A stretch of 64,000 nucleotides of DNA from Octopus vulgaris. Lineage: Eukaryota. The DNA lies in assembly GCA_951406725.2 (NCBI GenBank), contig OX597816.1:27280001-27344000 (forward strand). The letters are read 5' to 3'. The translations under genes were made by a program, and so were the position numbers. Under the pieces are notes generated by a model that was not told the origin of the DNA, searched no databases, and saw only the letters and a list, made by a program, of their open reading frames with translations. Below, in pieces: positions 51,190 through 64,000 of the stretch (position 1 is its first letter; every line of letters begins with the position of its first letter).

Positions 51190-53140
51190 ATCATATTCAG
51201 GGCAGAAAACCCAGCTGCTACACATGTGATGATATGGATAAATTTAAGGGTTTTCTGCTCAGAAGAGTTAGAAAAGTTCAGGAAAATAACAAAACAAAAC
51301 AAAAAGAACAAAAACAACAAAACATAAGATAAAAAGAACAACTCCCGCCAAACAAAAACAAAGCACAAGACAAAAAGAACAAAAGAAAAAGAAAAGAAAA
51401 GAAAGCCCAGTAACCGCAGGCCACAGAAGCTGCTGTTGCTTGTTGTTGTTGTTGTTAAGCAACAAGACTGATAAGGGTCATTAGGTGATGGTCTAGGGCT
51501 TAGGGGCGGGAGACCCCAGACCATGGGAAAAAAAATTTGGTTGTCTTGTTGTAGTCGAGGGCTCTTCGTTGACACCCGACACCACTGGGAGGTGGCCCTC
51601 GAAGTCGCTGGAAATGGAGATCTCCAGGTCCAAATTCTTGGACGGCTGCTGTTGCTTGTGTACCTCCAGGTACATCTCCAGAAACATCGAAAGAGGCGAT
51701 TACTAAAGGCATAGCAACCGACGTGCTAGCAGCAAGAATGATCTTTGACACGATTACAGACATGGCTGGTGTAGCACACACCTTCCTGAATGCTAACTCC
51801 CCAGTTGATGCATCTCAGGAATACAAGCATCATGAAATGAGATATTAGCACGAAGGATGACCTTAGCTTTCTCGTCAACTTTGCACAACATGTAAGTATG
51901 GAGATGACCAGCAACAATATAAGATTATTTCAGAGTTACAGTTCACTGAGGGAGCAGAGATGGGGGTCAGTCATACAAATTGGTACAGGTCATAAAGCTC
52001 TATATAGGTTGGAGTAAAGGTCATTTAAGAGCTTTCACTTCAGAAGATGTGGGAAAGCGCAAGAAACAAGAGGGTGGTAGACATTATCAGAGGCAACAAT
52101 TACAACCACAATAACAATACAAACAGGCCCCGGAGGAGAAGGTTATGGCTGCTGCTATTAATGTTTCTAAAGCACTTTTAATTGGGGCTGCAAGGATAGC
52201 CAAAGAAGAGGCAAAGGCGAGCGAAATCATATCAGGCAAGGGACGATGTAGGGTACTGATAAACCAAGTGATATTTTCCTTTAGAACAGGGACGTCTAGA
52301 GGGCTGCAAACTCTATCTCTTTCTTGTTGTCACTTCTCCAGGCTCCATCATCTTCTCATCGTCTTGGCGATGAGATGATAGAACTTGGAGAAAGGCAAAA
52401 GAAATGGGAATAAAAGCGAGTAAGCTACTGGAATCAGCCTGTTAAGGACGTGTGTAAACCCATCAAACCCATGTTTCACAACTATGAATGAGAAGTGGAA
52501 AACTGAGGAGTTGTTATGTTGATGGGAGACGATTATATCGAACACCAAAATAATAAAGACTAGCGGGAGGGGTGAATGGAAGAAGGTATCTTCAAACTGG
52601 GGCTGGCAGAAACGTTAGCACGCCGGGCGAAATGCTTAGCGGTATTTCGGCTGCGTTACGTTGTGAGTTCAAATTCCGCCGAGGTCGACTTTGCCTTTCA
52701 TCCTTTTGGGGTCGATGAATTAAGTACCAGTTACGCGCTGGGGTCGATGTAATCGACTTAATACCTATGTCTGTCCTTGTTTGTCCCCTCTGTGTTTAGC
52801 CCCTTGTGGGTAATAAAGAAATAGGTATTTCGTCTGCCGTTACGTTCTGAGTTCAGATTCCGCCGAGGTCGACTTTGCCTTTCATCCTTTCGGGGTCGAT
52901 AAATTAAGTACTAGTTACGCACTGGGGTCAATGTAATCGACTTAATACCTATGTCTGTCATTGTTTGTCATCTCTGTGTTTAGCCCCTTGTGGGTAGTAA
53001 AGAAATAGGTATATTCAAACTGGAGACCTGGCCGAGTGTTTGCAACAGAATGGACTCTACTAAAGGCATCCAAGACGCAAAGTACTGGACCAAATACCGT
53101 CAGGTATCTAGTTCGACATTCCTACCTTGGATTGGCACAT
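51190..53140 (-). mobile_element. Highly decayed L1/Tx1-like LINE 3' part
   Basis: PFTPPASLYYFGVRY, W..ERDRVCSPL and LRCINWGVSI..C (zf-RVT-like), with a T-rich 3' UTR. Interrupted by a tandem SINE at 52601-53013 with TSD ttcaaactgg. Confidence 0.4.
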
Positions 53141-56100
53141 TTTTATCGACCTCGAAAAAAGATGAAAGACACGGTTGACCTCGGCGGATTTGATCTCAGA
53201 ACGTTGACAATCAAAGAAATTACCACGCAGTATTCTTTCCGACGGTCAACGACTCCTATCGTTGCTATTGTTATTGTTTCTTTGTTGTTCCGTTCGAGTG
53301 TTGCTTCGTTTTGTTTTTTGTAAGACCGACAGTAAAATGTACACATCTGTAGCGTTATGTGTACATTATTGGAAGTAGACTTGTCTTGTTAGCAAAGAAG
53401 GACTTCAAGTATGACACCTGCTTGTTATTGCTCACTTAATTATTCTCTCTCTCTTTCCGTCTCAAATTACTCTCCCTCTTTCTCTCCCTACTTTCTTTCA
53501 CAAACGCATTCAATAACACCGAGTACAAACACACAAACTAACACTCCCTAGAACATACACAAACGCATAAACACTAATACATACTCAAAAAACACAGACG
53601 CGCGCACACACACACATGGAGTCACTCGACCTGTTAGAAATAGCAGCAACAACTTCCACAAATCAATCCCGCTGTCTTAAAAAAAGGAGGGATATATGGG
53701 ACAATGTTGTTTCGATATAGCTGAATGAGAACTGACGTGATTAGAGTAAGGAGTGTTTAGGATGAATATAGAATTGAGTCAGGAGAGTCTGACGGTAGTG
53801 AAAGTGTTGTTGCTGTATTCTTCTTCTTCTTCTTCTTCTTCTTCTTCCAACCAGGACTCACGTCATTAGCCACAAAGAATAATCTCTGATTCGAGCCTAC
53901 TCTAAGCTACTAAGAATGAGTGTGGCAACTTGAAGATCCACCCACCACACGCGATAGACTGGCGTTTGCACGGGCGCGAAAGCTACGTTGTTATCTTCAT
54001 TCCGTAAACGATGGCTTTTAACGGGTGGAGAGCTGAACCATCCTGGGGTACAGAGCATTCGCAATCTAGACTAGGGCGTGAAAGTTTACCACACCATAGT
54101 GGGTTACACCATGGTTCCTCTGCAGAAGTAGGAAGAAAGAGTGCGAGAAAGTTGTGGTGAAAGAGTACATCGGGGTTCACCCCACCCCACCGGAGCCTCG
54201 TGGAATTGTAGGTGTTTTTGTTCAATAAACACTCACAATGCCCGGTCTGGGAATCGAAACCGCGTTCTTACGACTGCGAGTCCGCTGCCCTAATTACCGG
54301 GCCATTGCGTCTCTACCGTTGCTGTTGTTGCTTTGTTCCAGGTCATCACTCTTATCAAAAGCGTTCTGGTCGGGACCACTCTATCTTTCTTTTTAGATAT
54401 GGATGGAAGCACTCCGTCGGTTACGACGACGAGGGTTCTGGTTGATCCGAATCAACGGAACAGCCTGCTCGTGAAATTAACGTGTAAGTGGCTGAGCACT
54501 CCACAGACACGTGTACCATTAACGTTGTTCTCGGGGATATTCAGCGTGACACAGAGAGTGACAAGGCCGGCCCCTTTAAATACAGGTACAACAGAAACAG
54601 GAAGTAAGAGAAAGTTGTGGTGAAAGAGTACAGCAGGGATCACCACCATCCCCTGCCGGAGCCTCGTGGAGCTTTAGGTGTTTTCGCTCAATAAACACTC
54701 ACAACGCCCGGTCTGGGAATCGAAACCGCGATCCTACGACCGTGAGTCCGCTGCCCTAACCACTGGGCCATTGCGCCTCCACCTTTTTAGATATAGTGTA
54801 TCCAGGACCACATTATTCAATGCTTCAAAGGTGGTGGAATTCCACAATAACGCTAATTTTCAACAATAATGTTTAGAAATTAGAGTTTTATAGTTTTACG
54901 AGCAAAACGCCCCCCGTTCAATGGACGCGCTGAGTTGTCAAACATTTAAACCAAATTTTCTCAAAACAACTTGTCCGACCGTCACATAGGTCCGCCCCCT
55001 TGAGAAACACTGATTTAACCTAAATTTGAGACACCAGCAAAAGAAGAAATAAAGATAGGCTTTTTTTTTTTTATTCCAAAGAAAAACGATTTTCTACGGC
55101 TTTATCGATCGCATTCTCACCTGGACTCGATTTTTGTAATTTTTTCAAGACTTGTACACGCCCTGATACATATCAAATTTGAGCGCAATCGGATGGAGCA
55201 TGTCCGAGATCCTAAAAGTCACACACACACACACACAGACAGAACGGATTTAATATAAGAGATGTACATCAAACTTTTGCTCAATCTCTCTTTCTTTTCG
55301 ATTATGCTAGTAATCAATTCTTCAGATTCGAAACTTTTCTAATTTTTCATATTTCTCAGTATCAAACTCAACATTAATTAACGAAATTAATTAATGAAAT
55401 ACAGTTTGCACGACACTCTAAGGATTCTACTACAGTCAGTTTCGAAATAGTTCGTTTTAATTTCAGCACAAGGTCAATAGTTTTGAGGGGAGGGGGCAAG
55501 TTGATTACATGGACACCAATACTTGACTGGTACTTTATTTTAGCGATAATGAAAAGATGAAAAAACAAAGTTGACCTCGGCGGAATTTGAAACCCAGAAC
55601 GTAAATAACCAGAAAAAAATTTCGCTAAGCATTTTGTCCGACGCGCTAACGATTCTCTCAGTTCACTGTTAAGTCAGTTTCAAAATAACAATTGCAGCAC
55701 GATTACAAGTTTGTGGAAGACACAATCGATTGATTCGATACCAATGCACCGTTGATTTTACTATGAAATTGATTTCGGTAGGTTTTTTTAAAACTCGAAA
55801 TGGAAAAGATGACAAAATTCTCATTACGTCCGGCACTTCCCACCACAAACAACACAACATACACACTTATACACTTACATATATACAAATAGACATAAGT
55901 ACATTAGCACGTACTCAAACACAAACACGTACCCCAAAGGTTTTATGCTATGTGTTTCTTAGAGTCAACATGAGGCGTAGGAGTGGCTGTGTGGTAAGTA
56001 GCTTGCTTACGAACTACATGGTTCCGGGTTCAGTCCCACTGCGTGGCACCTTGGGCGGGCCGACCAAAGCCTTGTGAGTGGATTTGGTAGACGGAAACTG

Positions 56101-56283
56101 AAAGAAACCTGTCGTATATATGTATATGTGCATGTGTATGTGTTTGTGTGTCTGTGTTTGTCCCCCGCTAGCATCGCTTGAGAACTTAGCGGTTCGGAAA
56201 AAGAGACATACATAGGTACATACAGACATGCACACATACACACATACACACACACATATACGTATACATATATATATATGTGT

Positions 56284-56329
<46 letters not shown>

Positions 56330-57225
56330 ATGTACTTGTGTGTGTGTGCTTGACGACCAGTTTTGATTTGTTTATATCCTTGTAAAGTAGTGTTTGAAAG
56401 AGGCCGATTCAATAAGTACCGGGCTTATGAAATAAGTACTGGAGACTAAACCCTTCAAAGCGGTGACCCAGCATGGTCGCAGTCCAATGACTGAAGCAAG
56501 TACAAGACAAAAGATAATGTAACATATTACCACAATACCTATTACGTAATATTGCGTCTTTCACAATGTCATATTTTATGTAATGTCACAGTGTACAGAA
56601 GATAGTGCACGAGTTGTAAAAATGTGTGCACAGCAGAAGTATCACATTATGCAAAAGAGCAGTGTTCTAACATAAGGTGCACCTGTTGACCTATAGTCAA
56701 TCAAGATTGTTCTCTACTAAAGCAGTTTCCAATACTGAACATACAACCTTGGTTATATTGTAGCTATGTTGTGACTATAAGTGATCTCTAGAATTTGTAA
56801 ATCTTACCAGTTATGGGCTCGGTTTTCAGATGCCGCTACCCTCAAATTCTCTTCGCCGGTCTGCAGTTGTTTGTGAAGAGTACCTCTCCACATGGTTCGG
56901 CCGGCTGCGAGAGATCCTCCCTGGAATTGGTGTTGATGCCATGTGCCTTCATATCCCTATACGTATACGTAAAGGTGTGACCTCTGCAAACGAGACTGCC
57001 ACTCTCGCATCGGTCTCTACAACCACAGGAGGCGTTGCAAAAACTGAATAGAGAACTCAACGGACGGATGACATCATCCATGGTCAGCCATGACCGACGG
57101 AGGCCCTAACGAGCCAGTTATGGGCACCTTCTAGTCTACGAAGGTTGTGAACATTATAGGCATATTATTTTGTGTATCCCTGATCAGTTCTGCGTCAGGA
57201 GATATAACTATTGTATGTTACCTTG

Positions 57226-57249
<24 letters not shown>

Positions 57250-57257
<8 letters not shown>

Positions 57258-57904
57258 AAAGGGCTTAGTAAAATAAATTACTTCGCCGCATACTGAACTC
57301 ATTAGAAATAGCAGCTAAAAAACTTTTTAAAGCTATTTCTAATACTTAAAGAAAATCTCTCTCATATATAGCGCTTGCCTAATTCAACTCACAAAAGTTT
57401 GGGGGTAAGGACATTAAAAAATCAAATGCTAAGGTTATTTGAGTACGTACGTTTCAAGATTAGTCAAAACAACACTTCTATCTTCAGCTCAGAAATTCCT
57501 TGGTTTGGATTTGGAAACACTGAAAGTAAGAACATACCCTTTGGAAAGGGGAGGACAGAAATTCTTCACTTGCTTATTTTGGGTTTGTTGGCACTGTTAG
57601 TAACGAGCGAATCTTCGAAAGGGTATGTTCTTACTTTCAGTGTTTCCAAATCCAAACCAAGGAATTTCTGAGCTGAAGATAGAAGTGTTGTTTTGACTAA
57701 TCTTGAAACGTACGTACTCAAATAACCTTAGCATTTGATTTTTTAATGTCCTTACCCCAAACTTTTGTGAGTTGAATTAGGCAAGCGCTATATATGAGGA
57801 GATTTTCTTTAAGTATTAGAAATAGCTTTAAAAGTTTTTTAGCTGCTATTTCTAATGAGTTCAGTATGCGCAAGAATTTATTTTACTAAGCCCTTTTATA
57901 TAAT
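57250..57904. repeat. Near-perfect palindrome (~295-bp arms, ~67-nt spacer)
   Basis: 57250-57546 is the reverse complement of 57614-57904, apart from a few 1-nt indels. Confidence 0.92.
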
Positions 57905-57997
57905 GTAATAATTTGAATTCGCCTTAAATGGTCCCTTTGCATACTGAACACTTGGTGAAATTGATTAATAATTAATTAATTTTACCCTCAATTGTTG

Positions 57998-58150
<153 letters not shown>

Positions 58151-58198
58151 AATGAATAAATAAATAAATGGAGTTGAACGAAGATGTTAAGAAAATTC

Positions 58199-58297
58199 TT
58201 TTACTTTCGGCATATGTTTATATGTTTCGAAGACAACATGGTTTTATTCCAAAGGAATAAACGCTGTAATATGCAATCTTCTCACCAGGAAAGAAAG
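58199..58297 (-). ncRNA. Type I hammerhead ribozyme fold with two core substitutions (probably inactive)
   Basis: The minus strand reads CUUUC-CUGGUGA-GAAGAUUGCAU..AUGUUGUCUUC-GAAA-CAUAU(AAAC)AUAUG-CC-GAAAG. Stems I, II and III all pair. The core CUGAUGA has A6>G and the cleavage triplet GUC is GCC. Confidence 0.6.
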
Positions 58298-58428
58298 AGA
58301 GTCTCTCATAACAACAAGACATTATAACAATTACGATGACTGCCTACATGATAAACAGAACGTTATTAAGTATTTAAAAAGTATTTAAAAATTATTCATT
58401 CACCCATTGAAATATATATATATATATA

Positions 58429-60098
58429 TCTCTTATTATAAAAGGCAGATTTTATCTGCCTCCCTTTGTAACTTATAGAAATCTACAATATAGGATTTCT
58501 TCAATTACAATTTACCTAGCATTTTTAAGAGTAGAATGCATCGGATCATGCCAGGTCCAGTTTTTAAAATTTAAACTCCAACTAAGCAAAATTTACAGAA
58601 AACTCACATTCTGGTGTGTATGTCAAATGCTTTTCTTAATGTGGTTTACACCACACGCACACGCACACACACAGTGTGCAACGAATAAAATGAAAGTAAA
58701 TAGCGACAGAGTGATTTGAGGAAGACTAAACTGAAAGTATTTAAACCACTACTCAAAAAAAAAAAAAACACAGCAAACAGAAACAAATAAATACATAACG
58801 ATTTACTCCTCACACAATTTCTTCAATTAGAGTTTACCTAAGATTTTTCAAAGTACTCCATTCGGTCATGCCATAATATATTTCTTTCAATTTCACCCCC
58901 AATTAAGACAAAATTCGAGAAAACTCAATATTTTAACATTTCACTCCGAAAGCATTGATGTACATGTGTGCGTGCGTGAGTGTGTGTGTGTGTGTGTGTG
59001 TGTTTTGATGGGTTGTGCGACACAGAAAGTGTGGTGTGTAAGTGAAGTGCTTTTGTTAGTGTGTGTAAAGAGACAGACAGAGTGAAAGACAGAAATAACT
59101 GAACTTTTTTTATTCACTTTTTGTAGTGAGTGACTGAGAGAGAAAAGAGAGAGAGAGGTTATGTATGTATATATGTATGTATGGCTTCAGTGACACACAC
59201 ACACAAAAACACATACCTACGTACACCTAAAGCACGCACACACACACACACACACAAGCGGAGCGCGAACTTCAAAATTTTGGTAGTATTAATTTGCGAG
59301 CGTACTTCTAAGCGCGCGTAATTGAAAGTTTTCACTATGATATCATCACGTGCGAAAAAATTCGAAGGGTTTTGAACAATTGAGATACAGATGTCACGCC
59401 TGTATTGAAACCATTGCTAAGCTGCCGTAATTGCTTAATTAAGACTTTGTTTAAATTGAAAGGGGCAAATATGTGACGAGGTTGAAAAAAAATACCCCAG
59501 AAAAAAAAATGTACTGCTGGTATTTATATAATTCACTACTATTTTGCTACAATGTCATGAAAAAGAAAAAATTTAGGTATGTAAATCGAATTCGCCACCC
59601 CCTTTTCCCCGTTCGCGTTTGTGTAAAAAAAATTAATATTTAAGTTTTAAAAATTATTTACTTCGTTCAAAAAATATTAATATTAATTAATTTTCAAGAA
59701 TTATTTAATTTTATTCTGTAAAATAGTAATTAATTCATTTATCTGTAAATCCGCGAGGTTGTTACTCAGGCACCTAGAATGGTAACCTTCAACTAACACT
59801 ATCTCCTCCGAGACCCTGCGGCGCAAGTTGACCAAAATTGAGAGTATGATAGAAGAAGGGTTGCTCTTCCTTCCGTAGAACATAAAATTCAAATCGGACC
59901 ATGTTAACACCAAAAATTATTTACATCAAAAAGATGCTTTTTTCTATGAAAATCCCTATTTTTTACGATTTTTTCACTGCTGTGTCGCCACTTTTCGGTG
60001 TATTTCGACCAGAAAAATGTTCACAAAATTTTTACTTTTCAAAATTACAATTCCAGCGGGTCGAAACAAACCTGAGCAACGCCGGGCGATACTGCTAG
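58429..60098 (+). mobile_element. Non-autonomous Helitron (~1.67 kb)
   Basis: A|TCTCTTATTATAAAAG 5' end and GAGCAACGCCGGGCGATACTGCTAG|T 3' end, shared with the intronic copies. Confidence 0.85.
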
Positions 60099-60771
60099 TA
60101 TATATATATTTGTATTGTGGTGTGAGATATTGTATAGTGAATAATAATAAAAAAAAAGAAACGGTTAAAGTGATGTTATTAAAACATTAAAATGCATGTT
60201 CACTTATAACTTAAATTTGTTATGGTACCAAGTATTTAAAAAAAATATATTCGTAAGCGCAGGAGTGGCTGTGTGGTAAATAGCTTGCTTACCAACCACA
60301 TGGTTCCGGCTTCAGTCCAACTGCGTGGCACCTTGGGCGAGTGTTTTCTACTATAGTCTCGGGCCGACCAAAGCCTTATGAGTGGATTTGGTAGACGGAA
60401 ACTGAAAGAAGCCCATCGTATATAAGTATACATATGTATATGTATGTATGTTTGTATTTTGTTATTTGTGTCTGTGTTTGTCCCTATCACTTGACAACAG
60501 ATGTTGGTGTGCTTACTTTCCCGTCACTTAGCAGTTCGGCAAAAAGAGACCGATATAATAAGTACTAAGCTTACAAAGAATAAGTCCTGGGGTCGATTTG
60601 CTCGACTAAAGATGGTGCTCCAGCATGGCCACAGTCAGATGATTGAAACAAGTAAAAGAATTGATGAAAATGGATTATGATCAAACAAGGCACTATATGA
60701 TCTCAAAATGTGGATTTGATGACACAAAAAAGCTAATCATAAATATATATATATATATATAAATATGAATA

Positions 60772-61985
60772 CAGGCATTCCCCGCATTACGGTTACCTCA
60801 GGTAGATATGGTTTGTAGTTTTCCCTTTACGGAAATTTGGATAAATTTTAAAAATTTAAGAACTATACTTTCCTATTAAACAAAAAAGCCGCTACTTTAT
60901 CGGTGGCTTAGTTAAGATCAAAGTAGAGAAGTGGAAAAACGCGCGCGCGCGCGTGTGTGTCCATGCGCGCGCGCGTTTGGTTGTGCACAAATGTCTCTAA
61001 GCGTTTGTGCATGAGACACAGTGAACTCTTACGGAGTATGGAATGGAATTTTTCACTGTATATTCGTATATATTTTCGTGGATCACAATGAGTCTATCTG
61101 TCTATCTGTCTGTGTGTCTGTCAGTCTGTCTGTTTGTATGTATGTATGTGTGTCTGTCTGTCTGTCTGTCTGTTTGTCTCTCTGACTGTATGTATGTATG
61201 TATGTCTGTCTGTTGCCTTATGTATGTATGTATGTATGTATGTATGTATGTATGTATGTACGTAAATCAACCTTCACCACCCTCTTACTGGAAGCTCATG
61301 CCAGCTAAAATTTATATTTCGGGGTGGAAAAAAATCGTCTTACAGTTTTGGGTGGAAATGCTACTGATACGAAACTAACGCTGTTGGTGTATAACTCCGA
61401 AAATTCAAAGGCTTTCAAGGGTTACACAAAGCTTAAATTACCTCTGAGTTGGCGTCGTTCAAATAAGAAGGCATGGATGATAACGAATCTTTTTCCAAGA
61501 GTGACTTACAACCAGTTTTGTTCTGCTGTAGAAAGATAGAGTGCCAGACATATTTACAACAAAGCATTGCTCCTTCTAGATCAGTGGTTTTCAACCAGGG
61601 TTCCGCCAGTACAGTTCAGGGGTTCCGCAAGAAGTTACAAAACTTCTAAAATCGGCAGTAATTTTTAATTTTCTTGTGCAGATATGTGTGCATAAGACTA
61701 TTAAATTATTGCACAGGGGTTTCCTCGAGCCAGTGGAATGTTTCCTTGGGGTTCCGCTCCAGCAAAAAGTTTGAAAAGCACTGTTCTAGATAATGCACAG
61801 AAACACCCATGAACTCAAATGAGTTTTCTGATAATGTAAGAGTAGAATACATCCCCAAGAATACAACTTCTTTGATGCAGCCAATGAGTCAAAGTGTGAT
61901 AGCTTACTTCAAGGTATATTATCGGAGAAGAACTTTTGAACAGCTTATAAAGTCAACTGATATGGAAGATAAGATTTTTGCTAAT
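60772..61985 (+). mobile_element. Tigger/pogo DDE_1 transposon remnant
   Basis: TA+CAGGCATTCCCCGCATTACG TIR-like end. Protein motifs KNRLTVL.GNA..LPLSWRRSNKKAWM, KALLLLD|NA (split by the hAT MITE) and YIPKNTTSLMQPMSQSVIAYFKVYY. Confidence 0.85.
61582..61783. mobile_element. hAT (Charlie-type) MITE, second copy in opposite orientation
   Basis: Near-identical to 4105-4305, with a perfect 8-bp TSD ttctagat. Confidence 0.9.
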
Positions 61986-62329
61986 GTGCGACGGAATAGC
62001 TCATTCGTAATTTAATTTATTTTCGCATGTGCTTCGCCGTAGCCCATCAACAAATAGTTTCCACTCTATTTGTATCTAAATCATAGACCAGAGATTTTTA
62101 GATGCTTTCACAACCTGAGAACATCACCATTTAATGAGGTTTCCGTTCAGAATGCTGTAATATCATTTGATAAAAGAACACGGTATAATGAATTCACATA
62201 ACAAGGCTGTAACTTCAAATACCTTTACTCGAGGCCTGAAACATATACAATTGAACAATAAAGGGAAGCGTTTGATGAATGGAGGCCATGTTCATCTTCT
62301 GTTTACTACCTCAGATCTGCTATCTGGCG

Positions 62330-63115
62330 TGTGTTGTAAGAGATCGAACTAGATCATGTCTTTGCTCTCCGACGCCTAAATGCCAAAAGAGGAAGTCGCA
62401 AGACCTCGTGTGAGAATCTCTCCGCTGCATGCGCTATCTAGCGTGAGCCTGTCTAAACCCGCTGTCAAGGGAGGTAACTGCGCCTACAAAGGCCTACCCC
62501 ACAGACCAGAAGCGGTCGATTAAGAGTAAGGCAGGCGAAGTACGTGTGCGCTAGGAAGGCACAGAAGAATGAAACATGGCAAAACAGTTGTATGAACAAT
62601 GCAAAGTACAAATTTGGAGGAAGCATGCAGAAAAATGTTTGTTCTTGTAGAAAAAAATGTGTGATACACAGAATCCGAACTATGGCAGAACAATTGAAAA
62701 ATACAATACAAGTATGTACAAGAAAAAAAGAGGGATGGCTTCAGGCCATCTGGAGAAGCGGTCGATGCAGGTCAATATACAAATCCGCAACTGACCGGCC
62801 AAGGACCAACCAGGTCGATGTGAATATGATGGAACCTGGTGTCCGGTGGCTGGAAGTGCCCAAGAGGTGCTCTCACGTGAAGATGCACCTTGGAACGCTG
62901 ATATGGTAGACAGGCACGTGACCAAGCAGTAATAGACCGTTGCATATTCGGTCAGGAAAAGTAGGCTGAGATAAGCTTTACTGTGGCTGCAATGCCGGGT
63001 TGCGACAGTGAATGCAGTGCTTCGAAAACAGCACGACGGTGATGTTCAGGAACGAGGGGTCGTAGTGACCCGGTAGAAACATCACAGAGAATAGTTTCTT
63101 CGCAAAAAAAGCAGA
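62330..63115 (-). mobile_element. Ty3/Gypsy integrase-region remnant
   Basis: RAVFEALHSLSQPGIAATVKLI (H2C2 region), HIDLVGPWPVS and LTCIDRFSRWPEAIPL. Confidence 0.85.
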
Positions 63116-63158
63116 GGCAGTAACTATAAATTTATTATTATTTTGCAAAATAATTCCA

Positions 63159-63196
<38 letters not shown>

Positions 63197-64000
63197 TATG
63201 GGATTTACTCTCTTACTCTTTTACTCTTTTACTTGTTTCAGTCATTTGACTGCGGCCATGCTGGAGCATCGGTTTTTTATCGAGCAACTCGACCCCGGGA
63301 CTTATTCTTTGTAAGCCCAGTACTTATTCTATCGGTCGCTTTGCCGAACCGCTAAGTGACGGGGACATAAGCACACCAGCATCGGTTGTCAAGCGATGTT
63401 GGGGGGGGGGGGGAACAAACACACATATACAAACTCACACACACACACACACATATATATATATACGACAGGCTTCTGTCAGTTTCCCTCTACCAAATCC
63501 ACTCACAAGGCTTTGGTCGGCCCGAGGCTATAGAAGAAGACACTTGCCCAAGGTGCCACGCAGTGGGATTGAACCCGGAACCATGTGGTTGGTAAACAAG
63601 CTACTCACCACGCAACCACTCCTGGATAAGAATATATGCCTTGAGAAGTCTTTTGTTTGGACTAGCTCCTTTTTTGTATAGTAATTAACTTCCAGTGCAA
63701 ATGTTCAATCCTATACATTGATAATTGAAATCGATATGACTCTGACCTTACTGAAATTAACCTTTTCTTGATAAAAGCTAAGAGTACTAAATTATTTAGA
63801 GAACTGAATTCTCTCAAAATACAAGCACAATTGAAGAATCAGCTCATGAACATGTAGTAGCCTTCCATAGATACACATGCATAACACACACACGAACATA
63901 CATACATACCTATTTGCCTGTCCCAAAAGTCATTGATGGGTTTCAATTTTTAATAACTTCCTTAACTTTACAATTAAATGCATGAAATTTTGATACAATA

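Overview
This is repeat-dense animal genomic DNA, not prokaryotic. The tRNA-derived SINE families, AT/CA microsatellites and a molluscan-type tyrosinase suggest an octopod cephalopod (inference). One complete host gene can be assembled by hand: a secreted tyrosinase on the minus strand, with 3 coding exons (42800-42591, 37725-37616, 30641-29948), 337 aa, canonical splice sites and all six copper histidines. A probable first exon and promoter of a second minus-strand gene lies at ~27.3 kb. The most notable hidden structure, invisible in the ORF track, is a ~7 kb fossil Helitron2/Helentron-type RepHel reading frame (~23350->16200, minus), broken by many younger SINE, MITE and LINE insertions. 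It keeps a DUF6570-like N-terminal region and all PIF1 helicase motifs but lacks the Rep/HUH core. It ends in a ubiquitin-specific protease (USP, peptidase C19) Cys-box where Helentrons usually carry an AP endonuclease. Other elements are decayed hammerhead-ribozyme motifs beside Penelope-like remnants, non-autonomous Helitrons, an 8-bp-TSD MITE family with telomere-like repeats, and a ~650-bp near-perfect palindrome. Remnants of piggyBac, mariner/Tc1, Tigger, hAT, RTE, L1/Tx1 and Gypsy elements are also present. Most short ORFs in the track are repeat-translation artefacts. All translations were done by eye, so boundaries of decayed elements are approximate.
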